Part shown: positions 19,097-28,697 of the stretch, one piece after another
How the letters are laid out: each line of letters opens with the position of its first letter
How positions within the stretch are numbered: position 1 is the stretch's first letter
Assembly (NCBI GenBank): GCA_041644975.1
Contig: JBAZQX010000001.1
Location: forward strand, 103,274 to 167,273
Direction: 5' to 3'
Length of the DNA stretch: 64,000 bases
Source: Candidatus Doudnabacteria bacterium
GTDB taxonomy: Bacteria; Patescibacteriota; JAQUNI01
The notes under the pieces: generated by a model
Databases searched by the model: none
What the model was told of the DNA's origin: nothing
What the model saw: the letters and a program-made list of their open reading frames with translations, nothing else
Translations under genes and position numbers: made by a program

Positions 19097-20392
19097 TTAT
19101 CTCCCAATCCCTACATATTTAAATCCCATTTCTCTGATCTTGGCAGGTTCAAGGATGTTACGCGCATCCATAATATTAGGAGTTCTCATTAATCTTTTGA
19201 TTTTTGTCCAACTCAAATTTTTAAATTCCGGGCAATCGGTGGCGATGAGCAGGACATCACTTCCTTTAGCGCAAAGGTAAGGATCACCCGCGTAGCTAAT
19301 TTTTTTACCAAGCACCTTGCGGGCGTTGTTCGCGGCGATAGGATCATAAGCTTTGATTTTAGCCCCGCGTTTTTGAAGCAGAGTAATAATGTCAATAGCA
19401 GGTGATTCGCGCACATCATCAGTATGGGATTTGAAGGCGAGACCTAACACCGCGATTTTTTTGTCTTGGAGTTTACCGTCCAAGATATTTTTGATCTTAG
19501 CCACAACAATTTCCCTTTGGTGTTGATTAATTTGCATTACTGCCTCCAGAAGATTAAACCAGTAACCGCCGGCGCGGGCAAAATAATAAAGAGCAGAGAC
19601 ATCCTTCGGGAAGCAGGAACCGCCATAGCCAGGACCCGGGTCTAAAAATTTGTCTCCGATGCGGGAATCTAGACCGATACCCTTTGCCACCATTTTCACA
19701 TCCGCTTCGTAATTATCGCAAATATTGGCAATTTCGTTAATAAAAGAGATTTTGAGAGCGAGAAATGAATTGGCGGCATATTTAATCATTTCCGCCGATT
19801 CTAGATTGGTAATAACAAGCGGCGCTTTAAATGGGGCATATAGTTTTTTCATTATTTCTATGGCGGGGGCGTTCGGTTTTTCAAATCCTAAAACAATGCG
19901 ATCGGGATGGAGAAAATCAGAAATAGCGGTCCCTTCTCTCTGAAATTCAGGATTGGAAACAACATCAAATTTTCCTTTGTAACCTTTCGCGACCATTTCC
20001 CTCACCATCTTTCCTGTGCCGATCGGCACGGTGCTTTTGTCCACAATTACTTTGTAGTCTTTTAGGTTCTTTCCTAAATCGCGCGCGACTTGCAGGACAT
20101 ACCGAAGATCCGCTTTGCCGTTTTTATCTTGAGGGGTGCCGACAGCGATGAAAACTATGCTTGCGTCTTTAATGCCTTCGGATAAAGAAGTGGTAAAATT
20201 GATTCTGCCGCTATTTAAGTTTTTTTTGAGCATTTCTGGCAGATGTTCTTCATAGATGGTGGGGATCCCCTTTTTGAGTTTGGTGATCTTGGCCTTGTCA
20301 ACATCTACGCAGGTTACTTTGTGACCTAAGTCAGCGAAACAAACCCCTACGCCTAAGCCGACGTAACCAGTACCAATAACAGCGAGTTTCAT
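19097..20392 (-). CDS. ugd: UDP-glucose 6-dehydrogenase
   Basis: GTGYVGL, FIAVGTP, SNPEF, KYAANSFLA, GYGGSCFPKD, DDVRESP. Confidence 0.94.
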   Translation of the reverse strand: MKLAVIGTGYVGLGVGVCFADLGHKVTCVDVDKAKITKLKKGIPTIYEEHLPEMLKKNLNSGRINFTTSLSEGIKDASIVFIAVGTPQDKNGKADLRYVLQVARDLGKNLKDYKVIVDKSTVPIGTGKMVREMVAKGYKGKFDVVSNPEFQREGTAISDFLHPDRIVLGFEKPNAPAIEIMKKLYAPFKAPLVITNLESAEMIKYAANSFLALKISFINEIANICDNYEADVKMVAKGIGLDSRIGDKFLDPGPGYGGSCFPKDVSALYYFARAGGYWFNLLEAVMQINQHQREIVVAKIKNILDGKLQDKKIAVLGLAFKSHTDDVRESPAIDIITLLQKRGAKIKAYDPIAANNARKVLGKKISYAGDPYLCAKGSDVLLIATDCPEFKNLSWTKIKRLMRTPNIMDARNILEPAKIREMGFKYVGIGR

Positions 20393-20532
20393 AGTGATGA
20401 GATAATTTTAAATTTTAAGTTCTAAATTTTAAAACATTTTCTTTTTGTTTTAAAACTTGAAATTAAGGTTTTAAAATTGATTAAAAACCGAAGGTGGTGA
20501 GCCGTAGGCGAACCATTAAAAATTGAAAATTG

Positions 20533-21426
20533 TTATTTTGACTCATTTAATGCCTTATCCCTAACTAAAGTGGTTGCTCTATATAAGGTTTCCGGGATAC
20601 CAGCATCAGTCCACCAGCCACGCAGTATTTCGTATTCCATCGTCCCTTCTTTGATGTATTGATTATTCACATCCGTGATTTCAAGCTCTCCCCTGTCGGA
20701 AGGTTTTAAGGTTTTAATTATTTCATAGACGTAGTTGTCGTACATATAAATACCAGTTACCGCCAGATTTGATTTTGGTATTTTAGGTTTTTCCTCAATG
20801 CTAATAATTTTGCCATTTTTGATTTCAGCCACACCAAAACGGTTAGCATCAGGCACTTTTTTCAAAAAAATCCTTGCTCCTTTTTTTTGATTGCGGAAAT
20901 TTTTTACCGCCGGACCAATATTGTCTTCAAAAATATTGTCACCTAAAATCACAACAACCTTTTGGTTATCGGCGAAATCTTGAGCCAAACCTAAAGCTTC
21001 AGCAATGCCTCCCGCCCCTTCTTGATAAGCGTATCTTAATTCGCGCAGGCCGAATTCTTTGCCATTGCCTAAAAGACGCAAAAAGTCGCCTGGACTATTG
21101 CCGCCCGTGACAATCATTACTTCTTTGATTCCCGCATTCACTAAAGTCTGCAAAGGATAATAGATCATCGGTTTGTTGTAGACAGGGAGGAGATGTTTAT
21201 TGGTCACCTTGGTGGCAGGCAGAAGCCTTGTGCCTGTGCCGCCAGCTAAAATAATCCCCTTAACATCTGTTTCTGTCGCGCGTTCCTTTTTTTGCGACCT
21301 TAATCTTTCATATTCCTCAATATCCATCACTACCGTTCGGGGATTTCCTTCCTCAATGATGATGTGAGTTTTACTGGTTGCACGAGTGAGAGTCGCTATT
21401 TTTTGTGAATTTTCTTTGTTAAGCAT
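20533..21426 (-). CDS. rmlA: Glucose-1-phosphate thymidylyltransferase (RmlA/SpsI type) with an N-terminal Phd/YefM-like domain
   Basis: KGIILAGGTGTRL, KHLLPVYNKPMI, LKPSDRGELEITD; N-terminal IIIEEGNPRTVVMDIEEYERL. Confidence 0.88.
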   Translation of the reverse strand: MLNKENSQKIATLTRATSKTHIIIEEGNPRTVVMDIEEYERLRSQKKERATETDVKGIILAGGTGTRLLPATKVTNKHLLPVYNKPMIYYPLQTLVNAGIKEVMIVTGGNSPGDFLRLLGNGKEFGLRELRYAYQEGAGGIAEALGLAQDFADNQKVVVILGDNIFEDNIGPAVKNFRNQKKGARIFLKKVPDANRFGVAEIKNGKIISIEEKPKIPKSNLAVTGIYMYDNYVYEIIKTLKPSDRGELEITDVNNQYIKEGTMEYEILRGWWTDAGIPETLYRATTLVRDKALNESK

Positions 21427-21433
21427 AAATTTT

Positions 21434-21505
21434 AGTAATCAGTAATCAGTAATTAGTAATTAGGGAATCTATCCTTTTACTGATTACCAATTACTAATTA
21501 CCGAT
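21434..21505. repeat. Inverted heptamer tandem array
   Basis: AGTAATY x4, spacer, then TTACTGA/TTACCAA/TTACTAA/TTACCGA. Confidence 0.8.
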
Positions 21506-22902
21506 CACGAATTTAAGTATTCTTCCAATGTTTCTTCCCAATGCCTTAAGCGAGGCAACTTCGTGTTTAATAGAATTGAATACATTGGCCTTTTGGCGCG
21601 GGAGCGATATTCTTGACTGGAAATCGGTTTCATTTTTGCCTTAATTCCCTTAAAGAGAAGAATTTTACGCGCGAATTGATACCAGTTGGTTTTACCTTCA
21701 TTAGTAATATGATAAACACCAAAAGGTTTTTCCTGCTCTAGAATTTGACGGGTCGCGCGGGCCAAGTCGCGGGTATAGGTCGGTTTTCCCCATTGATCAT
21801 TAACGACCGTAAGTGTAGCATTGCTCTGCGCTTTCTGCAATATTTTGTCTATAAAATTAATTCCTTCCTTCCCAAACAGCCAAGAACTACGGATGAGATA
21901 ATATTGCTCACAATGGCGGCGCAAGAGGGCTTCTCCTAAAAATTTAGATTTTCCATAGACGTTGATTGGATTGGGCTGGATAGTTTCTTTATATCCTTTA
22001 CGATTTTTTCCTTCAAAAACATAATCCGTGGAATAATGAACTAAAATAGCATTAAGCTTTTTTGCAATCTGCGCAAGATATCCGACAGCCTTGCCATTCA
22101 CTTTTAGGGCTTGCTCTTGGTTTTCCTCCGCTTCTTCAACATTAGTGTAAGCGGCGGCGTTAATGATAATGTCTGGTTTCAGACGAGAAATTTTGTTTCG
22201 CAGAGCCTTTCTTTCGGTAATGTCCACATTATTTTTATCCCAAGAAGTAAGCTCGCAATCTTGAAACTCTTGAACTAGGGCTCTGCCTAGCATGCCCTTG
22301 CTTCCCAAGATCAAGATTTTTTTTCCGAAATTTTCTAATAGTTTATTGCGGCTGCGGATAAGATCAGGATGGATTTTCATTCCCCTTTGTACAAATTCTT
22401 TGATATCTTCATTATAAGTATAGAGAAGAGCGCGATCTAAGGATTTTCGGGCGAGAGACAGGACTTCTTTTAATTCTACTCCCCCTTTGGGCGCTGGCGC
22501 GGCTACATCCGCAAGATAAATAATCTTGTCCAAAATATCCATATTTATTTTAGGAACACAGTGTCTTTCTATCGCCTGGAGGATTGTTCTGTCCCGGACA
22601 TTGAATTCTTGTTGAGCCAATTTCGCGCCCACCGCGGCATGTAAAAGCAAAATGTGTTTTTTGGTAAAAATGTCTATCTTAATGCGGTACTTTTTGGCGA
22701 GTAGAATCCAAGTTTCTTCGGGCAAATCGCGCGCCATATCATGAATTAGACCAGTAAAATAGGCTTTTGCAGGATTCACACCGCCGATGATCTTTGCTAT
22801 TTTTTCCGCCGTTTTTGCCACGGCTAGACTATGAAAAAATCTATCCTCCGATAGACTCTTCTTTAGGTAGGCGGTAATTTTTTTTAGATCAGGGTTATTC
22901 AT
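21505..22902 (-). CDS. rmlD: YqeK-type HD hydrolase fused to dTDP-4-dehydrorhamnose reductase
   Basis: N-terminal RFFHSLAVA, GLIHDMAR, LLHAAVGA, AIERH, DKIIYLAD; C-terminal GSKGMLG, NAAAYTNV, STDYVF, YGKSK, VVNDQWGKPTYT. Confidence 0.9.
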   Translation of the reverse strand: MNNPDLKKITAYLKKSLSEDRFFHSLAVAKTAEKIAKIIGGVNPAKAYFTGLIHDMARDLPEETWILLAKKYRIKIDIFTKKHILLLHAAVGAKLAQQEFNVRDRTILQAIERHCVPKINMDILDKIIYLADVAAPAPKGGVELKEVLSLARKSLDRALLYTYNEDIKEFVQRGMKIHPDLIRSRNKLLENFGKKILILGSKGMLGRALVQEFQDCELTSWDKNNVDITERKALRNKISRLKPDIIINAAAYTNVEEAEENQEQALKVNGKAVGYLAQIAKKLNAILVHYSTDYVFEGKNRKGYKETIQPNPINVYGKSKFLGEALLRRHCEQYYLIRSSWLFGKEGINFIDKILQKAQSNATLTVVNDQWGKPTYTRDLARATRQILEQEKPFGVYHITNEGKTNWYQFARKILLFKGIKAKMKPISSQEYRSRAKRPMYSILLNTKLPRLRHWEETLEEYLNS

Positions 22903-22917
22903 AATAAAATTTTATTT

Positions 22918-23012
22918 ACCCCGTTAGAGAAAGCCCCCGACGAAGTCGGTGGTGGGAAAAATATAGACGCTGACCCCGTTAGAAATAAATTTCTAAACGG
23001 GGCTAACGGGGT
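22918..23012. mobile_element. MITE-like element (ACCCCGTTAG...CTAACGGGGT) with a nested copy
   Basis: Outer inverted repeats 22918-22927 and 23003-23012; inner copy 22973-23002. Confidence 0.75.
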
Positions 23013-24008
23013 TTACCTTTTACCGTATTGTCTTTTGTAATACTTAAAGTATTCTCCTGACTTAATTTTTTTCCACCACCCTTCATTATTTTTATACCAT
23101 TCTATAGTGCGTTTCATTGCTTTTTGAAATTGATACTGCGGTTTCCAGCCTAAACGGCGGATTTTGCTTGAATTTAGGGCGTAGCGTCTGTCGTGACCGG
23201 GACGGTCCTTGACATATTCAATCATTTTTTCGTCCCTGCCTAGGGTTTTCAGGATTAACTTAGTAATCTCAAAATTCGTTCTCGGATTATCGCCGCCGAT
23301 ATTATAAATTTCACCTATCTTGCCTTTATGGAACACCAGATCAAGAGCCGTACAATTATCTTCCACATAAATCCAGTCGCGCACATTTTTCCCGTCGCCG
23401 TAGAGGGGAACCTTCTTTCCTTCTAAAATGTTTGTTACAAAGAGAGGGATCAGTTTTTCCGGATATTGGTAAGGCCCAAAATTATTAGAGCTCCGCGTAA
23501 TTAATACGGGGAGGTTAAATGTGCGGTGATAAGCGCGGACCATTAAGTCTCCGCCGGCTTTAGAGGCTGAATAAGGATTGTTTGGCGCTAAAGATGATTT
23601 TTCATTCGCTTTGCCGCTGGCGAGGCTGCCGTAAACTTCATCAGTAGAAATTTGGAGATACCTTTTAATCTTGAATTCCTTCACTGCTTCCAGAAGATTT
23701 TTAGTGCCCAGAATATCGGTACGGATAAAATCATCAGCGCCCATAATAGAGCGGTCTACGTGCGTCTCGGCAGCGAAATTGAAAATCCCATCCACATCTT
23801 TCGCCATTTTTTTTACCAGTTTAGCATCAGTAATATCGCCCTTCACGAATTTGTAGCGAGAGGTTTTGATGTCTTTTAAATTATCTAAGTTGCCGCAATA
23901 GGTTAACTTATCTAGGTTAATAATTCGGTAACGGGGATATTTTTTGAGGAGGTAGCGGATAAAGTTGCTGCCGATAAACCCCGCACCACCGGTGATTAGT
24001 AACTTCAT
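23013..24008 (-). CDS. rmlB: dTDP-glucose 4,6-dehydratase
   Basis: TGGAGFIGSN, DKLTY, FAAETHVDRS, STDEVYG, YSASKA, DRPGHDRRY. Confidence 0.96.
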   Translation of the reverse strand: MKLLITGGAGFIGSNFIRYLLKKYPRYRIINLDKLTYCGNLDNLKDIKTSRYKFVKGDITDAKLVKKMAKDVDGIFNFAAETHVDRSIMGADDFIRTDILGTKNLLEAVKEFKIKRYLQISTDEVYGSLASGKANEKSSLAPNNPYSASKAGGDLMVRAYHRTFNLPVLITRSSNNFGPYQYPEKLIPLFVTNILEGKKVPLYGDGKNVRDWIYVEDNCTALDLVFHKGKIGEIYNIGGDNPRTNFEITKLILKTLGRDEKMIEYVKDRPGHDRRYALNSSKIRRLGWKPQYQFQKAMKRTIEWYKNNEGWWKKIKSGEYFKYYKRQYGKR

Positions 24009-24094
24009 CCCGTTAGAAATAAAATTATTTTTTCTTGGCATATATTTTTTGTATGTCCATCATTTTCCCCGCGGAAATTGTATTTCTAACGGGG
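24009..24094. mobile_element. MITE-like element CCCGTTAGAAAT...ATTTCTAACGGG
   Basis: 12-bp perfect terminal inverted repeats; one end supplies the TAG stop of the NUDIX gene, the other abuts the rmlB ATG. Confidence 0.78.
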
Positions 24095-24664
24095 TAATGA
24101 TTTTTTATAGAGATCATATTTATAGAGACTGGCTAAGATGGAAGCGCCTAGAATTTGATTCTTTAAAATCATTTTTTCGATTTCCGCGGAGGTGAACTTT
24201 TGCACCTTATCTATTTCCGCGGGATCAGGCTTTTTGTTGATGGGAGACATATCTTCCGCAAGGTAGATCCAAAAATGCTGGGGATAAGCGGTGGGGGTAA
24301 CAAATTCCGTGCCGATTTTAGTCCATTTTTTGGCGTTAAGGCAGGCTTCTTCCGCCAATTCCCTTTTTGCCGCGGCAAGGTAGCTTTCTTTGTCCTCTTT
24401 GCGGCCCATCGGAATTTCCCATGTATATCTTTTCAGGGTGTAGCGATATTGGCGCACGAAATAGATATTGCCTTTTATATCCCTAGGAATGATCGCTATA
24501 AAAGGTTTTTTCCTAATATAATAATAGTTTACCTTTTTCCCCAACTGATTGATTACTTTATCTTTAAAAAGGTCAAGGTATTGGCAACTGTAAATTTTAT
24601 GAGAAGATATCTTCCGCCAGCGGGTTGTTCTTATATTTTTAGATGTGTGCTGTGTCTTGCTCAT
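24086..24664 (-). CDS. NUDIX hydrolase (ADP-ribose pyrophosphatase-like)
   Basis: VRQYRY..WEIPMGRKEDKESYLAAAKRELAEEA Nudix box. Confidence 0.88.
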   Translation of the reverse strand: MSKTQHTSKNIRTTRWRKISSHKIYSCQYLDLFKDKVINQLGKKVNYYYIRKKPFIAIIPRDIKGNIYFVRQYRYTLKRYTWEIPMGRKEDKESYLAAAKRELAEEACLNAKKWTKIGTEFVTPTAYPQHFWIYLAEDMSPINKKPDPAEIDKVQKFTSAEIEKMILKNQILGASILASLYKYDLYKKSLPR

Positions 24665-24702
24665 CTATTTAAGTTTATCAGGAAAAGTCCTAAAAGGGCA
24701 AG

Positions 24703-25158
24703 TTATCCCATCTTAATTCCCCAGTCGTAAGGAATCAATTCGGTATTATATGGTAAGCGGTATTCATCGGGTTTTTGCGGATTATAAGGATGGGTTGGAA
24801 CATTGATGATGAGCGCTTCTTTGTCGGAAATGCATTTCCAGCCATGATAAATCTCCTTGGGAACTTGGATTAAAACTGGGTTATGCTCACCAATAAAGAA
24901 TTCGTTCACTTCGCCCAAGGTCGGAGAATTTAAACGACCATCATAGAGAACAAGTTTAATCATTCCTTGAATACAACAAATGTAATCGGTTTGAATTTTA
25001 TGTAAATGCCAAGCCTTCACAACCTGCGGGTAGGTGGTAGTGAGATAGACTTGTCCGAAATTTTGGTAAAAGTCGTCGTCTTGGCGTAAAATTTCTATTA
25101 CTCTACCGCGCTCGTCGGGATGGACATTTAATTTTTTGATTTGGACATTAGAAATCAT
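24703..25158 (-). CDS. rmlC: dTDP-4-dehydrorhamnose 3,5-epimerase family (cupin)
   Basis: DERG, GQVY, VVKAWHLH, DGRLNSPT, YHGW; located in the rml cluster. Confidence 0.85.
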   Translation of the reverse strand: MISNVQIKKLNVHPDERGRVIEILRQDDDFYQNFGQVYLTTTYPQVVKAWHLHKIQTDYICCIQGMIKLVLYDGRLNSPTLGEVNEFFIGEHNPVLIQVPKEIYHGWKCISDKEALIINVPTHPYNPQKPDEYRLPYNTELIPYDWGIKMG

Positions 25159-25167
25159 AAATTGAAT

Positions 25168-26352
25168 TTATTTTGGATTAAGATATGCGGGATGAGTTTT
25201 CGCGATCCCCAGAAGGGAGCTTTTCACCCTCACTGGATTTTTTGTTTTAAGCATTTCATAAAGGGATAAAGTTTGATGCGTGATTTTTTGCCAGTTATAG
25301 AATTTTTTAACCCTTTCTCGCGCCATGTGTCCATTCTTTAAAACTAGTTCCGGATGATCATTCAAAAATAGAAGTTTTTGAGTAAGATCAACAAAACTTT
25401 TTGATTTAAAGGTGTAGCCCGTTTCTCCAATCGCCTCTTGGTTTTCCGGGATGTCGGAGACTAAAACACAACGACCAGATCCCATTGCCTCCAGAAGACT
25501 AATGGATAATCCTTCCACTTCCGAAGGTAAAACATAAAAATAGGCATTAGAAAGGAGTTCTATTAGGATTTTTCCCTGTTGGTGGCCTAGAAAAATGATA
25601 TTAGGATTATTTTGGGCTAACTCTTTGAGATAATCAAGATAGTTTTGGTTTTCTTGGGGGCTATCTCCCACAATCACCAGCTTTTTATTCAAATTCAAAC
25701 TTTGGAAAGCGCGAATAAGATAATGAGTACCTTTTAAGGGGATGAGGCGAGAAACCGAAAGAATATAGCTATCTTCCGTTAGTCCCCATTTTTTTATTCG
25801 TTGCGCTTTTTGTGAAGGGAAAAGAGGTGCGCCATTAGGGATATAAAATATGTGAGCGGCCGGATACTTTCGGCGGCAGTAAGAATACAGATTTTTTGAG
25901 ACCGTAATCGTAGCATGAGGAAATTTTACCGTGGTCCATTCTCCTAGAGCAAGAAAAAGGCGGGCAATATATCCCCATTTTTCATTGAAGCGGTCGCGTG
26001 AATGAAAGGTGGAGATGACTTTAGTCTTTCTTTTTAAAAGCCGGGGCAGGAAAGCGAGGAGCGAGGGTCCAACTGAATGAATATGAATAATATCCACCTT
26101 TTGGAATAAGACATGAATTAAGGAGGTTAGAGTGTGCGTAATCGCGGCTAAATTTTTTGTGGGGATATAAGGGGTGTAAATAATTCGTACCCCTTTATAT
26201 CGCCTAACGCGGCTTTGTGTGTAATGGCGGCGGGAGTAAATCAAAACTTCGTGCCCTGCTTTTACCAAGCGGACAGCCAGTTCTTCGGTATGTCTCTCCA
26301 CCCCGCCATCGCGGCAGGGAATGCCTTTGGAGCCGATAATTGCTATTTTCAT
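25168..26352 (-). CDS. Glycosyltransferase family 4
   Basis: KIAIIGSKGIP..GGVERH, IPNG, SRLIPLKG, PSEVEGLSISLLEAM. Confidence 0.92.
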   Translation of the reverse strand: MKIAIIGSKGIPCRDGGVERHTEELAVRLVKAGHEVLIYSRRHYTQSRVRRYKGVRIIYTPYIPTKNLAAITHTLTSLIHVLFQKVDIIHIHSVGPSLLAFLPRLLKRKTKVISTFHSRDRFNEKWGYIARLFLALGEWTTVKFPHATITVSKNLYSYCRRKYPAAHIFYIPNGAPLFPSQKAQRIKKWGLTEDSYILSVSRLIPLKGTHYLIRAFQSLNLNKKLVIVGDSPQENQNYLDYLKELAQNNPNIIFLGHQQGKILIELLSNAYFYVLPSEVEGLSISLLEAMGSGRCVLVSDIPENQEAIGETGYTFKSKSFVDLTQKLLFLNDHPELVLKNGHMARERVKKFYNWQKITHQTLSLYEMLKTKNPVRVKSSLLGIAKTHPAYLNPK

Positions 26353-26420
26353 TATTTTGAAATTTATAGTGGAAGAATTACTATACATCTTAAATCATTA
26401 TAAGTCAAGAGCTTTTGATT

Positions 26421-27635
26421 CTAATACCCTTGGCGCGCAAATTGATAAATCTTCATCAGGTTTTGATAATAAACTTCTGGATTGTAGCGCCTAATTTCCC
26501 GTCTTGCCCTTCGACCGATTTTTTGCGTAGTTTCGCGGTTTTGATAAAGGGATTGGATTTTTTTCGCGAGTTCCGCGGCATTTTGGAAAAAGAAACCAGT
26601 ATTCCCTTCACGGATGATTTCTTGAAGACCGCCCTTTTTGCTTGCGAGCACTACTTTACCTAAATTAAAAGATTCTAGGACGACTAATCCAAAGACCTCC
26701 TGCCAACTACTCGGAACAACTACAAAGCGGGATTTCTGGATGATCTTTTTGAGTTCGTCCCCTTGTTTGTAACCCAGAAATTGAACATTGGAAATATGAT
26801 TTTTCTGGACATAATCTTCCAATTTTTCTTTTTCGGGACCCTCCCCGACTATTTTTAATTTGATTTCTGGCAGTTTTCGCATCACGGAGATTAAAAGATC
26901 CAAGCCTTTTTCGGGCGAGAGGCGGCCAAAAAATAAAATATAATCTTTTTCCTCTAACGGGGTAATGTATTCTTCCTTTATAAAATAAGGCAGGGTTACT
27001 AATTTTGCTTGCGGCAAGCCCCATGCTGTAAGTTTTTGGCGCATAAACTTGCTCGGACAGATGAAAATGTTAACATAACGCTCATAAAAACGGAAGGCTT
27101 TATGAAAGTACATTTCCAGAGTGTTAGCAAGAGAAGCAAGATAAGAATCCTTCACACATTTATTGAAAAAACATTGATAATATTTTCTCTTTCTACATTT
27201 TTCGCACACTTTATTATGCTGAAAAAGCTGGTAGTTTGGACAAATAAGTTTGTAGTCATTCACTGTCATTACTATAGGGATTTTATGCTTTTTTAAAACC
27301 CCTAAAATAGAAGGTGAAATTTGATGATAGATATTATGAATATGAGCGATCTCTGGTTTTTCTTTTTGAATCAAAGCCCGAATTTTTCTTTTCGCCTCCA
27401 GGGAATAAAAGATACGGCCCAGGGCGAAGAGAGCCTTGAAGGAGAATTTGGGGCGCGAGAGATCCACTTCGCTCACAAAATATTGCGCATAAGGAGAAGG
27501 GTTGTTTTTATCACTATGCATAGAGAAAGGAATCACTTTGTGGCCGTGCCTTTCTAATAATTTAGTTAAGTCAAAATAATGACGGTCTGCTCCGCCCTGA
27601 ATGTGGTAAAATTTGTTGATATTTAGGATTTTCAT
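26421..27635 (-). CDS. Glycosyltransferase family 4
   Basis: GGAD, HIHNIYHQISPS, GRLSPEKG, PSSWQEVFGLVVLES. Confidence 0.92.
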   Translation of the reverse strand: MKILNINKFYHIQGGADRHYFDLTKLLERHGHKVIPFSMHSDKNNPSPYAQYFVSEVDLSRPKFSFKALFALGRIFYSLEAKRKIRALIQKEKPEIAHIHNIYHQISPSILGVLKKHKIPIVMTVNDYKLICPNYQLFQHNKVCEKCRKRKYYQCFFNKCVKDSYLASLANTLEMYFHKAFRFYERYVNIFICPSKFMRQKLTAWGLPQAKLVTLPYFIKEEYITPLEEKDYILFFGRLSPEKGLDLLISVMRKLPEIKLKIVGEGPEKEKLEDYVQKNHISNVQFLGYKQGDELKKIIQKSRFVVVPSSWQEVFGLVVLESFNLGKVVLASKKGGLQEIIREGNTGFFFQNAAELAKKIQSLYQNRETTQKIGRRARREIRRYNPEVYYQNLMKIYQFARQGY

Positions 27636-27669
27636 TATTGTTTAATTGTTCAATTGCAAATTACGGATT

Positions 27670-27796
27670 GTCATTGCAAGGAGCAGATCCCTCACTTCCG
27701 CTCGGGACAGGCTCCGCAATCTCATCGAGCTGTATTATACAGATTTAGGAGATTGCTTCGTCGTCCCTCGACAAGCTCGGGACTCCTCGCAATGAC
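27670..27796. repeat. Palindromic REP/RPE-like element GTCATTGC...GCAATC...GAGATTGC...GCAATGAC
   Basis: Terminal and internal inverted repeats; related copy at 32645-32790. Confidence 0.8.
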
Positions 27797-27842
27797 GACG
27801 CATTTCGTAATTCAAGGTAATATACAATTCACAATTGATTAA

Positions 27843-28697
27843 CTATTTAATTTTTAGGGTAGCTTTTTTCATTATCAATTTAAGGTAACTTAAAATATTA
27901 ACAAATAAAAATCTGATTTTTTGATTAGGGTAATGCTTTTTCCAAAAATATAAAAGGCTGTTTCTTAAATAAAGCCAAGGCGCGAGAGAACCTCGGGATG
28001 ATCCGTGATGATGATGAATTACTTCATCTTCCCCCCAGAAGATAATTTGAAAGCCAGCCTCCCGCGCTCTTTTGCAGAAATCAATGTCTTCTAAATACAT
28101 AAAATAATTTTCATCAAAAAGCCCAATTTTTTCCAAAACGGATCGGCGGATGAAAAGGCAGGTGCCGGAAAGCCATTTTACCCTCCGAGTCTGGTAGAAT
28201 TTTTTGCGTGTCCAAAGATTAGGCATTACTACCCTACCCCAGGGAAGGATTTTGTAGAGCAAGGTTAGGTCTAAAAATTCTGTCGCGAGGGAGGGGTAAT
28301 TTCCAAAATTAGCATTGATGCTTCCATTTTGTAGAGTCAGGCGGGGCGAAGTGATGCCCACGTCTGAATGGCGGTCTAAAAAGGTAATAATTTTGTTTAA
28401 ATTTTGATGCACAAAAGCATCGGTGTTTAAAAGCAAGAGATATTCACCTCGCGCGATCTTGATTCCTTGGTTCACAGCAGCGGCAAACCCCAAATTTTTT
28501 TCATTGATAATCAGCCTTACTTGAGGAAAATCTTTTTTAATTTCCGCGATGGAGTTATCTTCAGAATTGTTGTCTATGACAATTGCCTCGGGTGGCATTT
28601 TAAGAAAAGCCGCGAACACTTTAGATAGGCATTCTAAAGTCAGAGCGCAGGTATTATATGAAGGAATAATTACAGAAAGTTTAATCTTGTTTTGCAT
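27843..28697 (-). CDS. Glycosyltransferase family 2 (WbbL/rhamnosyltransferase-like)
   Basis: LSVIIPSYN, DNNSED, NLGFAAAVNQG, LLNTD, GLFDENYFMYLEDIDFC. Confidence 0.9.
   Translation of the reverse strand: MQNKIKLSVIIPSYNTCALTLECLSKVFAAFLKMPPEAIVIDNNSEDNSIAEIKKDFPQVRLIINEKNLGFAAAVNQGIKIARGEYLLLLNTDAFVHQNLNKIITFLDRHSDVGITSPRLTLQNGSINANFGNYPSLATEFLDLTLLYKILPWGRVVMPNLWTRKKFYQTRRVKWLSGTCLFIRRSVLEKIGLFDENYFMYLEDIDFCKRAREAGFQIIFWGEDEVIHHHHGSSRGSLAPWLYLRNSLLYFWKKHYPNQKIRFLFVNILSYLKLIMKKATLKIK

Noticed and set aside
21434-21505. CRISPR array
   Set aside because: Units are 7 bp with no spacers, and no cas genes are in the window. The same applies to the other arrays.
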